DNA of 64,000 bases from Nitrospirota bacterium (GTDB lineage: Bacteria; Nitrospirota; UBA9217). The DNA is taken from NCBI GenBank assembly GCA_963845065.1, contig CAWJQQ010000005.1:32001-96000 (forward strand), written 5' to 3'. Position 1 is the first letter of the stretch, and each line of letters starts with the position of its first letter. Made by a program: the position numbers and the translations under genes. Under the pieces are notes generated by a model. The model did not search any database, was not told the origin of the DNA, and saw only the letters and a program-made list of their open reading frames with translations. This document shows, one piece after another, positions 10,201-21,192 of this stretch.

Positions 10201-10507
10201 AGTATAAATAATGGGAGGGCTCAGATAAATTATAACAGATACTCATGAATCTATCGAGTGCAGCATATTCGTAATTCCGGTAATCACCAGAAACTCTAGG
10301 AGAGCGCCGCAGCATTTCACCGAGCTACAACTAGAGGCATGCTCATCTCATTCTCATTTCTTTCTCTTTATGAAATTATTTTTTTGTGCTATAGTCAACG
10401 CCTGTCGGCTTCCGCACGATAAGTCGCTTGCGCTTCATGCAGATGTCGAACACAAGCTATACAGGTTCCAATCATGAACTTACAATGGTTGCAAAAGGAG
10501 AACTGTT

Positions 10508-11008
10508 ATGAGCGCTGAAACCAAGAATGCTTCCCATGGCCATATCCAGTCCACGATCGGACTTGATATGCTCGTCCGGGACGTGATGTCTAGAAATGTC
10601 CTTGCGATCACTAAATATGAGAGCATCATTCGCGTAGCGGATATTTTAACAGAGCATAATATCAGCGGGCTACCTGTCGTGGACAACAAAAACAAGGTTA
10701 TCGGAATTATCTGTCATGCGGATATTCTTTCCATGGTTGGTGTGAGCAGGGAACATACATTCAAAGATCTGTTAAAGTACATGCTGGGAGAGCGGCTCCC
10801 TGAACGCAGGCTGGGGGACTTAGCCGGGGATATTATGACATCCCCCGCGCTGACCATAAAGCCCGATACAAACATTGCTGAAGCGGTAAAAATGATGGAG
10901 GAGAAAAGGATCAGAAGACTGATCGTTGTTGATGATAAGAATACGCTTATCGGCATTTTAACGCGGGCCGACATTCTTAAGGCAGTGATCAAGAAAATTA
11001 AGGCATAA
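10508..11008 (+). CDS. CBS-pair domain protein
   Basis: VRDVM..., ISGLPVVD...IGII, DIMT and IRRLIVVD...GILTRADIL; AAGGAG RBS. Confidence 0.9.
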   Translation: MSAETKNASHGHIQSTIGLDMLVRDVMSRNVLAITKYESIIRVADILTEHNISGLPVVDNKNKVIGIICHADILSMVGVSREHTFKDLLKYMLGERLPERRLGDLAGDIMTSPALTIKPDTNIAEAVKMMEEKRIRRLIVVDDKNTLIGILTRADILKAVIKKIKA

Positions 11009-11079
11009 AGCGGCGCAGTCCGTTGCGTACATCCATTAACCGCTTACGGATTACCGTCAGTCCGTCAGCGTGACTAGAT

Positions 11080-11560
11080 TATGCTTGATTCCGTAATTGA
11101 AAAGTTCGGCATTTGTTTTTATCTTTTCGAAAATGTGTTCCCCGTGGGTTCTCATAGTCTTCACGCTGCTGGACACCGCTCGTAAGCAGACGCCCATCAA
11201 TGCCACTGCCGATATAAAAACCCCTGAAACTATAGATTGGGACATTCGATGCCTCAAAAATGCAATCACGTATCTCTCCAGATGCAATGAAATTGCCATT
11301 TTTTTCCCTGTTCACGACCGATCAAAGAATGATACTGTCGTCAGGCAAGGCGCGGAGTTTCGTCTGCAGTTCCTTGAAATTAAAATCGTCAAGCAAGACA
11401 AAGTTTACGAGTTTTTAAGGAGGGAAGGATTCGAATATTTCCTTTCGGATGGCAATCCCGGTCGTGGTATTCTCGCCCACCGCAACCTGCCTTGCCAGCG
11501 GTGCAGCTTCAAGGCAATCGCCACCATGCTCTCGATATCGATTCTACTGCCTCTGTAAAA
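11080..11560 (-). pseudogene. Remnant of an ABC-substrate-binding-like sensor domain (type found at the N-terminus of histidine kinases)
   Basis: Minus strand across one frameshift and several stops: IDIESMVAIALKLH / GENTTTGIAIRKE...LRALPDDSIIL*...NREKNG...ASNVPIYSFRGFYIGSGIDG.LLTSG.QQ. Confidence 0.55.
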
Positions 11561-11707
11561 CGGTTATATCCAGCAAGCATGAAATCCTTGGTTATTGACC
11601 CCGTAGAGTACTACTGGCACAGCGCTGAAATATTTTTTTGATAATGCGTGAGAACGTAGTTACAACAACTCTTCAACCTGCGGCAAAACCTGTCAATAGG
11701 GTTAGAC

Positions 11708-13264
11708 TCAGCGCGAGACAGTATCAACAGGGTTTTTCTGATCAGCGTCCTGAGATGATTTAAGCGGATGTTCAGGAAGAAAAAGAACGACGGTAAAGGC
11801 CGTTGCTGTAATGAATGACCCTACTAAAAAAGTGGTGCTGATCGCATGCCGATATACGGAAATTACCACCTCTCGCTGGGCAAGCGGTAGTTGCGCGATT
11901 TGCTGGATGCCCTGATCGATCAGGGTACGAATACTCATACCTTTGCCCGCCCCTATTACGTGATTCAGGTCTCGCAGCTGGGCGGTCATGATTGCGCCTG
12001 ACATGGCCACGCCGAACATGCCGCCGAGAGACCGGAAGAACGCCGACGTTGCAGTCGCTACGCCCAGCTCGCGAGGATTGACAGAATTCTGGATGGCGAC
12101 CATGAGATCCGGCATCACTAGGCCGAAACCCATGCCGAGGACGATAAGAGATACTTCGATTACCGCAAAACCCGCCCCTGCATTCGCGGCCCACATGACC
12201 GCGAGAAACGCAAGGGTGGCCGTGGCAAGACCGACCACAGGAAAAATCTTGTACCGCCCGGTCGCTGAAACGAGTCGGCCTCCAAGGAAAGACGATACGA
12301 CGACACCCCCCGTCATTGGTGCCATCATCAGTCCTGCGCGCGCCGGCGCGAGGCCAAGAACAAGCTGAAAAAATAGCGGAAGAAACACGACCGCGCCAAA
12401 AAGTCCCGTGAAAGTAAGCCCCATGGTGCTGGTTGCGATCACGAATACCTTGTTATGAAAGATGTTTGGAGAGAGAATGGGTTCCGATGAACGTCGTTCG
12501 GTGTACATCAGCAACAAGGTCAGTACTACCGCGGCTGCAGCCAGTCCGAGAACGAGCGGCGACGACCATGGGAATTGTACCCCACCCAGTGTTAGCATCA
12601 GGAGCAGGGCCACTGTGCCGAGGGTTAGATAAATAACTCCGGCATAATCGATCGAGTGTGATACTTTGTGGTGCGGCCGGTGCAACCCGAACAGGATGAG
12701 GGCCAGAGCCGGGATGCCAATCGGGACGTTCACGTAGAAGATCCAGCGCCAAGACAAGGCATCGGTGATGAAACCTCCCAGAAGCGGGCCAGCGATGCTC
12801 GATAAGGCGAAAGCAGCACCGAACATCCCCTGATAACGACCACGCTCGCGCGGGGCTACCAGATCGGCTATCGTCGTCATGGCCAGCGTCATTAGTCCGC
12901 CTGCGCCGATACCCTGGATGCCGCGAAAAACTACGAGCTGCGTCATCGAGCTGGACAGCCCGCAGAGACAGGACCCTACGAGAAAAATGAGGATGGCTAC
13001 GATAAAGAGCGGCTTACGGCCATAAATGTCGGATAGCTTACCGTAGAGCGGCGTCGTTGCCGTTGAGGAAAGCAAAAAAGCCGTGACAACCCATGTCAGG
13101 TGTGATAGACCGCCGAGGTCGCTTACGATCCTCGGTAGCGCAACACCTACGATATTCTGGTCCAGTGCCGCAAGTGTGAGCGCCATCATCAGGCCCGCGA
13201 TCACGGTTCGAACCTCGCGAGGAGTTGCAGGCAGGGTTTCGTGCAGTACCGTTGGCGTGCTCAT
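11708..13264 (-). CDS. DHA2 (EmrB/QacA family) MDR-type MFS efflux pump
   Basis: LAALDQNIV, YGKLSDIYGRK, FRGIQGIGAGG and WRWIFYVNVPIG motifs; about 14 TM. The ORF extends to 13330, but the Met at 13264 is the likelier start. Confidence 0.92.
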   Translation of the reverse strand: MSTPTVLHETLPATPREVRTVIAGLMMALTLAALDQNIVGVALPRIVSDLGGLSHLTWVVTAFLLSSTATTPLYGKLSDIYGRKPLFIVAILIFLVGSCLCGLSSSMTQLVVFRGIQGIGAGGLMTLAMTTIADLVAPRERGRYQGMFGAAFALSSIAGPLLGGFITDALSWRWIFYVNVPIGIPALALILFGLHRPHHKVSHSIDYAGVIYLTLGTVALLLMLTLGGVQFPWSSPLVLGLAAAAVVLTLLLMYTERRSSEPILSPNIFHNKVFVIATSTMGLTFTGLFGAVVFLPLFFQLVLGLAPARAGLMMAPMTGGVVVSSFLGGRLVSATGRYKIFPVVGLATATLAFLAVMWAANAGAGFAVIEVSLIVLGMGFGLVMPDLMVAIQNSVNPRELGVATATSAFFRSLGGMFGVAMSGAIMTAQLRDLNHVIGAGKGMSIRTLIDQGIQQIAQLPLAQREVVISVYRHAISTTFLVGSFITATAFTVVLFLPEHPLKSSQDADQKNPVDTVSR

Positions 13265-13606
13265 AAGTTTGACTAGGTTTCTCTGGCCTTTCTTTGTAAT
13301 GCAATACTCGGCAGCTAGATTTACCTCCACAAATCAGGGTAGTGAATATCAAAAGTAGATAGTGCCCGTGGTAATTGATATTTCGTCAGAACGTACCTAT
13401 CGGACGGACCGTTACAAGGACAGCTGCCACTATCTTCTTCATCGTGGATAGGTGTAAACGTTCAATTGCGTTGAAAATCGGCCGTTGATAATACCATGCC
13501 GTTAAATTATTGTCAAAACAGACTTCAGCCATTTGTTTTAACCATCTTGGAGATACCGAACTCAGGCGCCTACGAGGAACGCCAAAAAATGGTGCGTGAT
13601 CTGCAC

Positions 13607-13960
13607 GAAGATCTCGCATATATCCGTGATGTTGTAAGTGAATTATTCAAGGCCCTTGGACATTAAGTCTAATTCGTGGTGTATAGTAGGAAGCAATCGA
13701 CAATTACCAAATAGCTCGATATTCTGAGAAGCCATTTGATGTTGTCATGCTGAACTTGACGATCCACAGCGGAATTGGTGGTGCAGGGACGTTTCAAAAA
13801 CTTCGAGAATCTATCCCGATCTTAAAAGCCTTTTTTGCGATAGATACCCCGATGACGCCTTCACCTCAAATCACAAGGAGCATGCATTTATTGGATTTTT
13901 CAAGAAACCCAAAAAGGTAGAAGATCTGGCGGAAGTTTTGAAAAGCATCATCAGAATGTA
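13607..13960 (+). pseudogene. Degraded response-regulator receiver domain (hybrid-kinase C-terminal type)
   Basis: With stops and frameshifts it reads EDLAYIRDVVSELFKALGH*V* ... EAIDNY...KPFDVVMLNLTIHSGIGG...KKP..VEDLAEVLK. Confidence 0.6.
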
Positions 13961-13995
13961 ACATTTCTTCTAAATTTCTGTTACGGAATTACTGT

Positions 13996-14925
13996 TCAAT
14001 GTTCCGACTGGACTGTTATCACCGGAATCGAAGCATTTAATATCGTTTCCCGGGCGGTGCTCCCGAAGAAAGCATTAAGCAAGGCATTTCTTCCATGCGT
14101 CCCCATCACGATGATCGAATAGTTATTTTCAGCCTCCTGATAGACTGCGCTCGCTGAAATGACAGCATTGTCTTCAACTTTATACTCACAGGGAATGCCG
14201 TGTTTTTGAAAGAAGCTGGTCTTCTGTTTAAGGGTTGCAGCTGCCTCATCCTTGATCTGAGTAATAATCCAATCGAAATTGACAGGGGCCGTCCCTGCAT
14301 ACGCGCTGGTTTCCATAATAGTCCTCATGCTGTCTGCGAGACAATTATAAAGAACTACTTTCGCACCGATGCGCATTGCAAGGGACAATGCATAGCGCTC
14401 GGCTGCACGGCTGTTTTTACCAAGATCGGTTGAAACCAAAATTTTCAACTGCTTCTGAACCGTTAAAGGATGAGCCTTTTCCTGAACCATGGGTCCGATC
14501 ACCAAGACTGGCCGTTTGGAGTGACGGATCACTTCTTCAGCTACGCTTCCAACAATCAGACGCTTCAGTCCTGTCCTACCTTGCGTCCCAACGATCACGA
14601 GTTCCGGGACTGGCCTGGACCGTAAGGTTTTTAATATCTGCTCTGCCGGAGGACCACTTTTCAGAAAGCAGCTCACCGGGGCCGAAAATTGTTTGCACAC
14701 CTCCTCCAGTCTTTTTTCGTGCCGGTCGTGCCACTCGCGGATACCCGTTGAATCGAGCGTCCCGGGCGGATATACTTTGCTGTCTTCCACAAAGAGAAGT
14801 GCAATGCTCGTCTGCAGCCGCTGCGACATAACCGAAGCAACGTTTACAATAGCACGGGAACGTCTTTTTCCGGAGTCAGTTTGATTTTCGATGTCGTCAG
14901 CAACAAGGATTAATCGTTGCGGCAT
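13996..14925 (-). CDS. Tandem-domain universal stress protein (copy 1)
   Basis: Two Usp domains: GTQGRTGLKRLIVGSVAEEVIR and MGTHGRNALLNAFFGSTARE; GGAGG RBS before the ATG at 14925. Confidence 0.9.
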   Translation of the reverse strand: MPQRLILVADDIENQTDSGKRRSRAIVNVASVMSQRLQTSIALLFVEDSKVYPPGTLDSTGIREWHDRHEKRLEEVCKQFSAPVSCFLKSGPPAEQILKTLRSRPVPELVIVGTQGRTGLKRLIVGSVAEEVIRHSKRPVLVIGPMVQEKAHPLTVQKQLKILVSTDLGKNSRAAERYALSLAMRIGAKVVLYNCLADSMRTIMETSAYAGTAPVNFDWIITQIKDEAAATLKQKTSFFQKHGIPCEYKVEDNAVISASAVYQEAENNYSIIVMGTHGRNALLNAFFGSTARETILNASIPVITVQSEH

Positions 14926-15019
14926 ATCCATTCCTCCCTCGATCGTCCACTTTGTCGTACGACACATAGCAGCTTCGTTTGGTATTAATTCGGAGATTCT
15001 TCATGTATTTCGGATAAAA

Positions 15020-15454
15020 CTACTTTGCAATGGGATAGGCCGCCTCTTTCCATGCCTTAAGACCGCCAATCATGTTTATTGCATTTTTATATCCAAGGTC
15101 ATTCATTGTCTTGGTCGCTAACGGCCCTCTGAGATCAAGCCCGCAATAGACGATTATCTTGGCATTCTTATCAGGGATGATCATTGCCACTTTAAACTCC
15201 AACATCCCGCGCGAGATGTTTATTGCCCCAGGAATGCGTCCCTCTTCAAATTCCTGTTTATCCCTGACATCGAGGATGATGACATTTTCCTTTGCTTCAA
15301 TCATTTTTTTAACGTCAGCGATGGACACTTCCGTTATGTGTGCCTTTGCTTCTTGGACCATTTGTTCCGGAGTTTTATCATTTGCCTCAACATGCCCTCC
15401 TGGCAATATTGTGAAACAAAATGCTGCAAGTGCGATCACCACTCTCTTGTCCAT
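15020..15454 (-). CDS. Exported rhodanese-like domain protein
   Basis: Signal peptide; LDVRD..EF..GRIPGA, active-site loop YCGLDLR, GGLKAW; AGGAG RBS. Confidence 0.9.
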   Translation of the reverse strand: MDKRVVIALAAFCFTILPGGHVEANDKTPEQMVQEAKAHITEVSIADVKKMIEAKENVIILDVRDKQEFEEGRIPGAINISRGMLEFKVAMIIPDKNAKIIVYCGLDLRGPLATKTMNDLGYKNAINMIGGLKAWKEAAYPIAK

Positions 15455-15909
15455 AGTAATTCCTCCTATAAAGTCTTCAACTCAATTGTACCAAATCCTA
15501 TCCAATGTGCAACCCTTTGCAGGGACACTTTTTGCAGGGAAGCGAGGATTGTTATGCTATAATGTGTTTACGAATAAATTTTTCATGCTATTTTTTGTAC
15601 TATTGCCGACCCGTGACTGGTCATAGCCCTCTATTGAATTTCAGAACGAGAATCGTGACTTTAGATTTATCCGGTAAGAAGATCAGCACGATTCAATTTT
15701 GAATTCGTGAACGCAGAAATCGGTAGCTTTGATATACAGAGTATTCACACCTCGTAAAGATGTGCGGCAGTAATGGTTAGTTTGAGTCATCTCAAGCATG
15801 GTGAGAAAGGCATGATCCTGGCAAAAATGTCCACTGTGGCGCCGAAAGTTTTCGATGAACGCATATGCGCTGTCAATTTCAATTGCGGCCCGGAGGGGAG
15901 AGAGATCTG

Positions 15910-16575
15910 ATGGATGTTATTGATGCACTGCATTCACGGTATACAGTACGTGCATTTAAAACGGACCCAGTCAGCAGGGAGGTGCTTTGGAAGATTCTGG
16001 AAGCTGCTCTTCATGCTCCTTCCTGGGCCAATACCCAGCCTTGGGAAATATTTGTTGCAGGTGGCGACGTATTAAATAGGCTCCGCAGAGCTTATCTGGA
16101 ATACTTGAAGAATTGTGTGCCGAGAAATCCGGATTTGGTGGCCCCCCGGGAATGGCCGCCTGACCTACAGAAGCGTATGGAAGCGGTGAAGGCCGAGCGC
16201 TTCGCTGCCATGGAAAGAGCGTGCCCGGACACATCAACCCTCGCGGACGTTGCTCAGATCAATTACCGTTTTTTTGATGCGCCGGTCGTAGTATACTTGT
16301 GTATGGACCGCAGGCTCACGCCCTGGTCGATATTTGACATCGGCTTACAAGCCCATAGCATCATGTTAGCAGCACAACAATTCAATGTCGGTTCGGCCCC
16401 AGCGGTTACGTTCGTCGCCCATCCTGACCTTATTCGTGCGGAATTGGAAATCCCTGACGAACTGTTGATTATTATCGGCGTAGCACTGGGCTATGCGGAT
16501 TCGAAACATCAATTAAACACATTCCGAAGTCCCCGTAGGTCTGTAGACGAGGCCATTAGATTTCGTGGGTTTTAA
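15910..16575 (+). CDS. Nitroreductase family protein
   Basis: RYTVRAF, APSWANTQPW, FFDAP and ALGY motifs; GGAGGGGAG upstream of the ATG at 15910. Confidence 0.92.
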   Translation: MDVIDALHSRYTVRAFKTDPVSREVLWKILEAALHAPSWANTQPWEIFVAGGDVLNRLRRAYLEYLKNCVPRNPDLVAPREWPPDLQKRMEAVKAERFAAMERACPDTSTLADVAQINYRFFDAPVVVYLCMDRRLTPWSIFDIGLQAHSIMLAAQQFNVGSAPAVTFVAHPDLIRAELEIPDELLIIIGVALGYADSKHQLNTFRSPRRSVDEAIRFRGF

Positions 16576-16577
16576 TT

Positions 16578-16607
16578 GCGCTACTTCGGCTGTGTAGTGC
16601 TTTTTTT
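16578..16607 (+). terminator. Probable intrinsic terminator after the nitroreductase
   Basis: Stem gcgctac/gtagtgc (one G-U pair) followed by T7, just downstream of the stop codon. Confidence 0.6.
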
Positions 16608-16662
16608 CTGTATTCGTATTTATAAGGGTTTCATAATTACGTCAAGGAATTTTTGCTTTGTA

Positions 16663-17034
16663 CTACTTAAGGGCAGTTTTTACGATACGCCGCAACTCTC
16701 TCGCTTGGATCGGCTTAGTGACGTACTCAAACACTCCGCTGTTCATCGACTTCAGGTAGGTCTCGACATTGCCATAGCCGGTAAGCATAATTATCGGCAC
16801 CGATGGTAGGATTTGCCTGAGTATCGTTGTCAATTCCAACCCGCTCATCCCCGGCATCCGTATATCGGTGATTACGAGATCGATTTGCATGCCTTTCCGT
16901 ATAATGGACAGGGCGGACTCAGCATCGGGTTTGGGAATGGTCGCGTACCCTGACTTCCCAAGCATTTCCACCAAGAATTTCAAGATGTCAGGTTCATCAT
17001 CTACTAATAGAATTGTCTTCATCGCTCTCATCAT
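16663..17034 (-). CDS. Single-domain response regulator (REC)
   Basis: ILLVDDE, VITDIRMPGMSG, LTGY and TKP motifs. Confidence 0.9.
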   Translation of the reverse strand: MMRAMKTILLVDDEPDILKFLVEMLGKSGYATIPKPDAESALSIIRKGMQIDLVITDIRMPGMSGLELTTILRQILPSVPIIMLTGYGNVETYLKSMNSGVFEYVTKPIQARELRRIVKTALK

Positions 17035-17147
17035 TCTTCATCGTGTACGCCGCTATTGCAAGAACCATTTTGTCAGTTAATGCCTTCAGTTATTTATTGT
17101 AAACATCTCGGCTGTTCAGCATTTCATTTGCGAATTCTCTGCAGGAG

Positions 17148-18656
17148 TTATTCCTTGTTTCGCATTGTGGCGATATCGGCTTGTGGGTCTCGGTTCCACC
17201 AACCTCCGCCGAGCGCCTGGAACAGCGCTGCCGTATCGGCGTATCGCGCTGCCTGCGCCTGGATCAGGTCGATCCTTGTCTGCTGGTACTGGCGTTCTGC
17301 GTTCAAAAGCGACAAATAGCTCACCCCGCCCAGCTGGAACTGCTTTTGGGTAAGGTCCAGCGTGTCGCTTGCGGCCGCAGCAGCGGTTGCTTGCGCCTTA
17401 AGTGTACGTGCGTCAGCATTGAGCGCGCGCAACACGTCAGCTACGTTCTGGAACGCTTGGAGGACAACGGCCTGATACTGAGCCAATGCCTGATCGTAGG
17501 CTGCAACGGCAGCGCGTCGCTCGGCGGAGAGTTGGCCGCCGTGAAAAACAGGCTGCAGCAATCCTGCGCCTAGACTATACACGCCACTACCTGGCTGGAA
17601 AAGCGTCCTGCTTGAAGTTGACAAATATCCTATACTGCCAGTCAGGTTGATTTGTGGATATTGATTCGCGGTGGCCACACCTACTTGCGCGCTTGCCGCG
17701 TGAAGCAATGCTTCCGATGCGCGGATGTCGGGACGCTGGCGCACCAGCGATGACGGCAGGCTCACTGGCAATTCCGCTGGTAGCTGCAATTGGTCGAGTG
17801 TGAATTCGGGGAGCACTACTGATTCGCTCGGCAGCCTTCCGGTGAACACCGCCAGAAGATTGCGAGTCTGCTCGAGCTCTTTCTCGAGAGGCGGTAGGGT
17901 TGCCCTTGTCTGCTCGAGCTGCGTCCGCTGGGCGAGCACATCGGTACGCGCGGCTCCGCCAAGCTTGAACTGGATCTCTACCAGATCGAACTGCGTCTGC
18001 AGAGCGGCCATGATCTCGTTCAATGCTTCAATCTGAGCGCGTAAGGAAGCTTCTTTCACCGCCGTCGTAACGACGTTCGCCGTAATCGCGAGATAAGCCC
18101 CTTCAAGCTGAAATCGTTGAAAATCAACTTGGGACTCCGAAGCCTCTAGCTCACGACGCGCGCCGCCGAAAAGATCGAGGGCATAGGAGACATTCACCGA
18201 GGCATTGTAGAGCGTGAATGGGGGGAACTTCTCATTTGGCAGGCCGAATTCTGCGCCTGAGATCTTCTCTTGCATAATCGATGCGCTCGCGTCGACCTTA
18301 GGATAGAGTACCGATCCAACGATGGCATTTAAAGTCTCTTGCGACTCCCGGAGCGTTGCCTTCGCCGCGGTAAGCGTCGGGTTGCCAGAGAGTGCCTGCC
18401 TGACCAGCTGATCCAACGAAGCGGAATGGAACAGCGTCCACCACTGTGCGGGGATCTGCTGACCTAATGCCAAGTGCTGTTCCGCGCCGCCGGGTCCCGG
18501 TACTGATGCTGTCTTGTCCGGGAATTGGGTTGACGTGTATGTAGTCGTACGGAGGGCTTCAGGGGTATGATAAGTGGGGCCTACAAGGCATCCGTAACAT
18601 ATGAGACTAACGCTCAGGGCTGTAGTTAATTTTATGGAAGGCAAGATTTTTTTCAT
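17148..18656 (-). CDS. NodT/OprM-family outer-membrane efflux lipoprotein
   Basis: Lipobox (..CYGC) followed by VGP.Y; WWTLF..L, LDLFGG.RR, RPDIRASE and LFQALGGGW motifs. Confidence 0.92.
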   Translation of the reverse strand: MKKILPSIKLTTALSVSLICYGCLVGPTYHTPEALRTTTYTSTQFPDKTASVPGPGGAEQHLALGQQIPAQWWTLFHSASLDQLVRQALSGNPTLTAAKATLRESQETLNAIVGSVLYPKVDASASIMQEKISGAEFGLPNEKFPPFTLYNASVNVSYALDLFGGARRELEASESQVDFQRFQLEGAYLAITANVVTTAVKEASLRAQIEALNEIMAALQTQFDLVEIQFKLGGAARTDVLAQRTQLEQTRATLPPLEKELEQTRNLLAVFTGRLPSESVVLPEFTLDQLQLPAELPVSLPSSLVRQRPDIRASEALLHAASAQVGVATANQYPQINLTGSIGYLSTSSRTLFQPGSGVYSLGAGLLQPVFHGGQLSAERRAAVAAYDQALAQYQAVVLQAFQNVADVLRALNADARTLKAQATAAAAASDTLDLTQKQFQLGGVSYLSLLNAERQYQQTRIDLIQAQAARYADTAALFQALGGGWWNRDPQADIATMRNKE

Positions 18657-18687
18657 GTTAGTACCCAGATTCGGACAAGTGGTGAAA

Positions 18688-18711
18688 TTTATACTCATGA
18701 CCAAGTATAAA
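18688..18711. promoter_or_regulatory. Inverted repeat between divergent nodT and tetR genes; candidate TetR operator
   Basis: TTTATACT-catgacca-AGTATAAA, perfect 8-bp arms. Confidence 0.45.
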
Positions 18712-18775
18712 GTGAATAATTGAAAAAGTCAATCAAAGACTTGCACAAATTAAGTACATATGTTATGCTGGGAAC

Positions 18776-19462
18776 ATGAAAACCGGTAAAGATCGAACGA
18801 CAGCCGAACAAGACAGGAAAATGAAGACAGGTGTCGTGAGGGAAAAGCCTTCCCGCGAGGACACTACAAGCCGAATCCTTTCCACTGCCACCCGCCTTTT
18901 TGCCGCTCAAGGGTATGACGGCACGTCCACCAAGGATATTTGCGAACGAGCCGGCGTAAACATCGCTGCCATTCATTATCATTTTGGCTCGAAAGAGAAC
19001 CTTTATCACAGTATCATTGAACAGTTTGCTACGGAACGACTGGACTTCGCAAGGAAAACGCTCCAGCCCCCGCAGAATATCGACGACTTTAAGGTGCGCC
19101 TTGAGATATTCCTAAGGCAGACGCTCGAAACGATGATCAGACAGAAGGATATTATCCGCCTAATCCAACGGGATGTTGAAATGTCGGATTCAAAAAGTAG
19201 AAAAATGTATCTTAATACTCTTTTAAAGCATGCGGAAAAGTTAAAAGAGTTTTTTGATCAGGCTACGAAAAGGGGGATTGTTGCCGCCGACGTGAAACCC
19301 TTTTCCGCAGCGGGATTCCTTATGAGCAATATTATCCACCAGACAAGAAACGACAAGTTGGTTATGGAGTTTTCCGGTCATTCGCTTTCGGACGAAAAGT
19401 ATCGCAATGATTGGATTCAACAAACACTTCGCATCTTCATAGACGGAATTATTGCGAAGTAG
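18776..19462 (+). CDS. TetR/AcrR family regulator (CecR/YbiH-like)
   Basis: HTH region RILSTATRLFAAQGYDGTSTKDICERAGVNIAAIHYHFGSKENLY; leads the ybhG-like operon. Confidence 0.92.
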   Translation: MKTGKDRTTAEQDRKMKTGVVREKPSREDTTSRILSTATRLFAAQGYDGTSTKDICERAGVNIAAIHYHFGSKENLYHSIIEQFATERLDFARKTLQPPQNIDDFKVRLEIFLRQTLETMIRQKDIIRLIQRDVEMSDSKSRKMYLNTLLKHAEKLKEFFDQATKRGIVAADVKPFSAAGFLMSNIIHQTRNDKLVMEFSGHSLSDEKYRNDWIQQTLRIFIDGIIAK

Positions 19463-19494
19463 CGAGCGAAATAATAAAACAAGAAGGGAAACCT

Positions 19495-20247
19495 GTGGAG
19501 CTCAATAAGAAGAAGAGACTTAAAATAATCCTTATTACAGTGATCGTTATCGCTGCTGCGATCGCAGCAAAGTTGTTGTTCTTCCATGGCGAATTTCTCT
19601 ACGCCGGGACCCTTGAAGCGACTAAAGTCGATTTGTCTGCCCGCATAGCTTCTGCCATCAGCTCAGTGAACGTTCAAGAAGGCGACCACGTGACAGATAA
19701 CCAGGAATTGGTTGTTCTTGCCTGTGAAGACGTGAAGGTTGCATCGGAGTTGGCGAATGAGAACTACCATCGGACCGTTGGATTATATCGCGTTCAGACC
19801 GCATCTCGGGACACCATGGACCAAGTCAAGAATAAGAAGGATGATGCGGATGTTCGATTGGGTTGGTGCGCTGTCCATTCGCCGATTTCAGGCACGGTCT
19901 TGAGCCGTTATCACGAGCCGGGGGAATGGGTGGATCCCGGCACAAAGCTCTTGACCCTGGCGAATATCCGGGATATCTGGGCTTATATTTACGTTCCCCA
20001 ACCTGATGTTTCACGGCTTAAACCCGGTATGATTCTGAAAGGATATCTCCCGGAATTGAACAACCGCGAATTCGACGGGAAGATATTCAAAATCAACGAT
20101 GAGGCCGAGTTCACACCAAAGAATGTTCAGACCCGGGCCGAGCGCGAGCGCCTTGTGTTTGGCGTAAAGGTAAGTTTTCTCGGCGCGAACGAGCAGGAAA
20201 TTTTAAAACCTGGCATGACGATTGAAATAAAGTTGCCCCCGGACTAG
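19495..20247 (+). CDS. HlyD/YbhG-type membrane fusion protein
   Basis: N-terminal TM; GTLEAT, SPISGTV, EAEFTPKNVQT and LKPGM motifs; GTG start at 19495. Confidence 0.9.
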   Translation: MELNKKKRLKIILITVIVIAAAIAAKLLFFHGEFLYAGTLEATKVDLSARIASAISSVNVQEGDHVTDNQELVVLACEDVKVASELANENYHRTVGLYRVQTASRDTMDQVKNKKDDADVRLGWCAVHSPISGTVLSRYHEPGEWVDPGTKLLTLANIRDIWAYIYVPQPDVSRLKPGMILKGYLPELNNREFDGKIFKINDEAEFTPKNVQTRAERERLVFGVKVSFLGANEQEILKPGMTIEIKLPPD

Positions 20248-20442
20248 TCCGTTATGCATAATATTCTTGTTGCAGCAAAAACACGGAAAAGCTTGCCGTA
20301 TGGAGAGCCGGCAGAATTCGGTGAGACATACTTTACATTTTTAATACGTTGCGTCACCTGCTTATTTTCATATTTTGGCAACTGCAGGGTATGGCACTGA
20401 ATTAAAAATTATCGAAAACTTTTTAATTATTCTCGATGGACG

Positions 20443-21192
20443 ATGGAGAACGTCAACATGCCGATTTTACCCGTTTCAATATCCGTCCGGGCACTCCGAA
20501 AGGTCTTCGGCAAAAGTCTTGTCCTTGATGGTGTGAGCCTTGATTTCTCTTCCGGCCTTATGCACGGTGTGATTGGACCCGAGGGTTCGGGGAAAACTAC
20601 GCTTTTGCGCCTCATGCTCGGTTTGCTTAAGGCTACGGAAGGTACTGTTGCCTATTACCGCGGGGGTGAACACATCGATTTCGAAAGCATCCGCCCTAGT
20701 ATCGCATATATGCCGCAGACACAAAGTCTCTATCCTGACCTTTCCATCGGCGAACATTTAGATTTTTTCAAGGAACTCTATGGAATTCCAAATGATCTCT
20801 ATGAGCATAAACGTGAGGAGCTACTTCGCATCACACGACTAAACGAATTTATTAATCGGCCAGCAGGACAGCTTTCAGGAGGGATGTACAAGAAGCTTGG
20901 ACTCATGTGTGCGCTTTTGCGGTCGCCGCACGTCATGCTCCTTGACGAGCCCACGACCGGCGTCGATCCGATCAGCCGTCGGGAATTCTGGGAGCTCCTG
21001 TACCGCCTGCTAGACCAGGAAATCCTGATTCTCGTGACTACCGCCTATATGGATGAAGCGGAGCGGTGCGGACGCGTTCATCTTCTAGAGAGTGGCAAAT
21101 TAGTTGCGGCAGGGGAACCTCGGGAGCTCTTGGCAGCAGAGGGAATGTCAAGCTTTGATGAACTTTTCCTCCGGAGAAATAGCCATGAATGA
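20443..21192 (+). CDS. ABC ATP-binding protein (YbhF N-half-like)
   Basis: GPEGSGKTT, LSGGMYKKL and LLDEPTTGVDP motifs. Confidence 0.92.
   Translation: MENVNMPILPVSISVRALRKVFGKSLVLDGVSLDFSSGLMHGVIGPEGSGKTTLLRLMLGLLKATEGTVAYYRGGEHIDFESIRPSIAYMPQTQSLYPDLSIGEHLDFFKELYGIPNDLYEHKREELLRITRLNEFINRPAGQLSGGMYKKLGLMCALLRSPHVMLLDEPTTGVDPISRREFWELLYRLLDQEILILVTTAYMDEAERCGRVHLLESGKLVAAGEPRELLAAEGMSSFDELFLRRNSHE

Noticed and set aside
10390..10455. Possible integron attC-like site
   Set aside because: Could not identify properly paired R''/R' and L boxes; no cassette array or integrase nearby.
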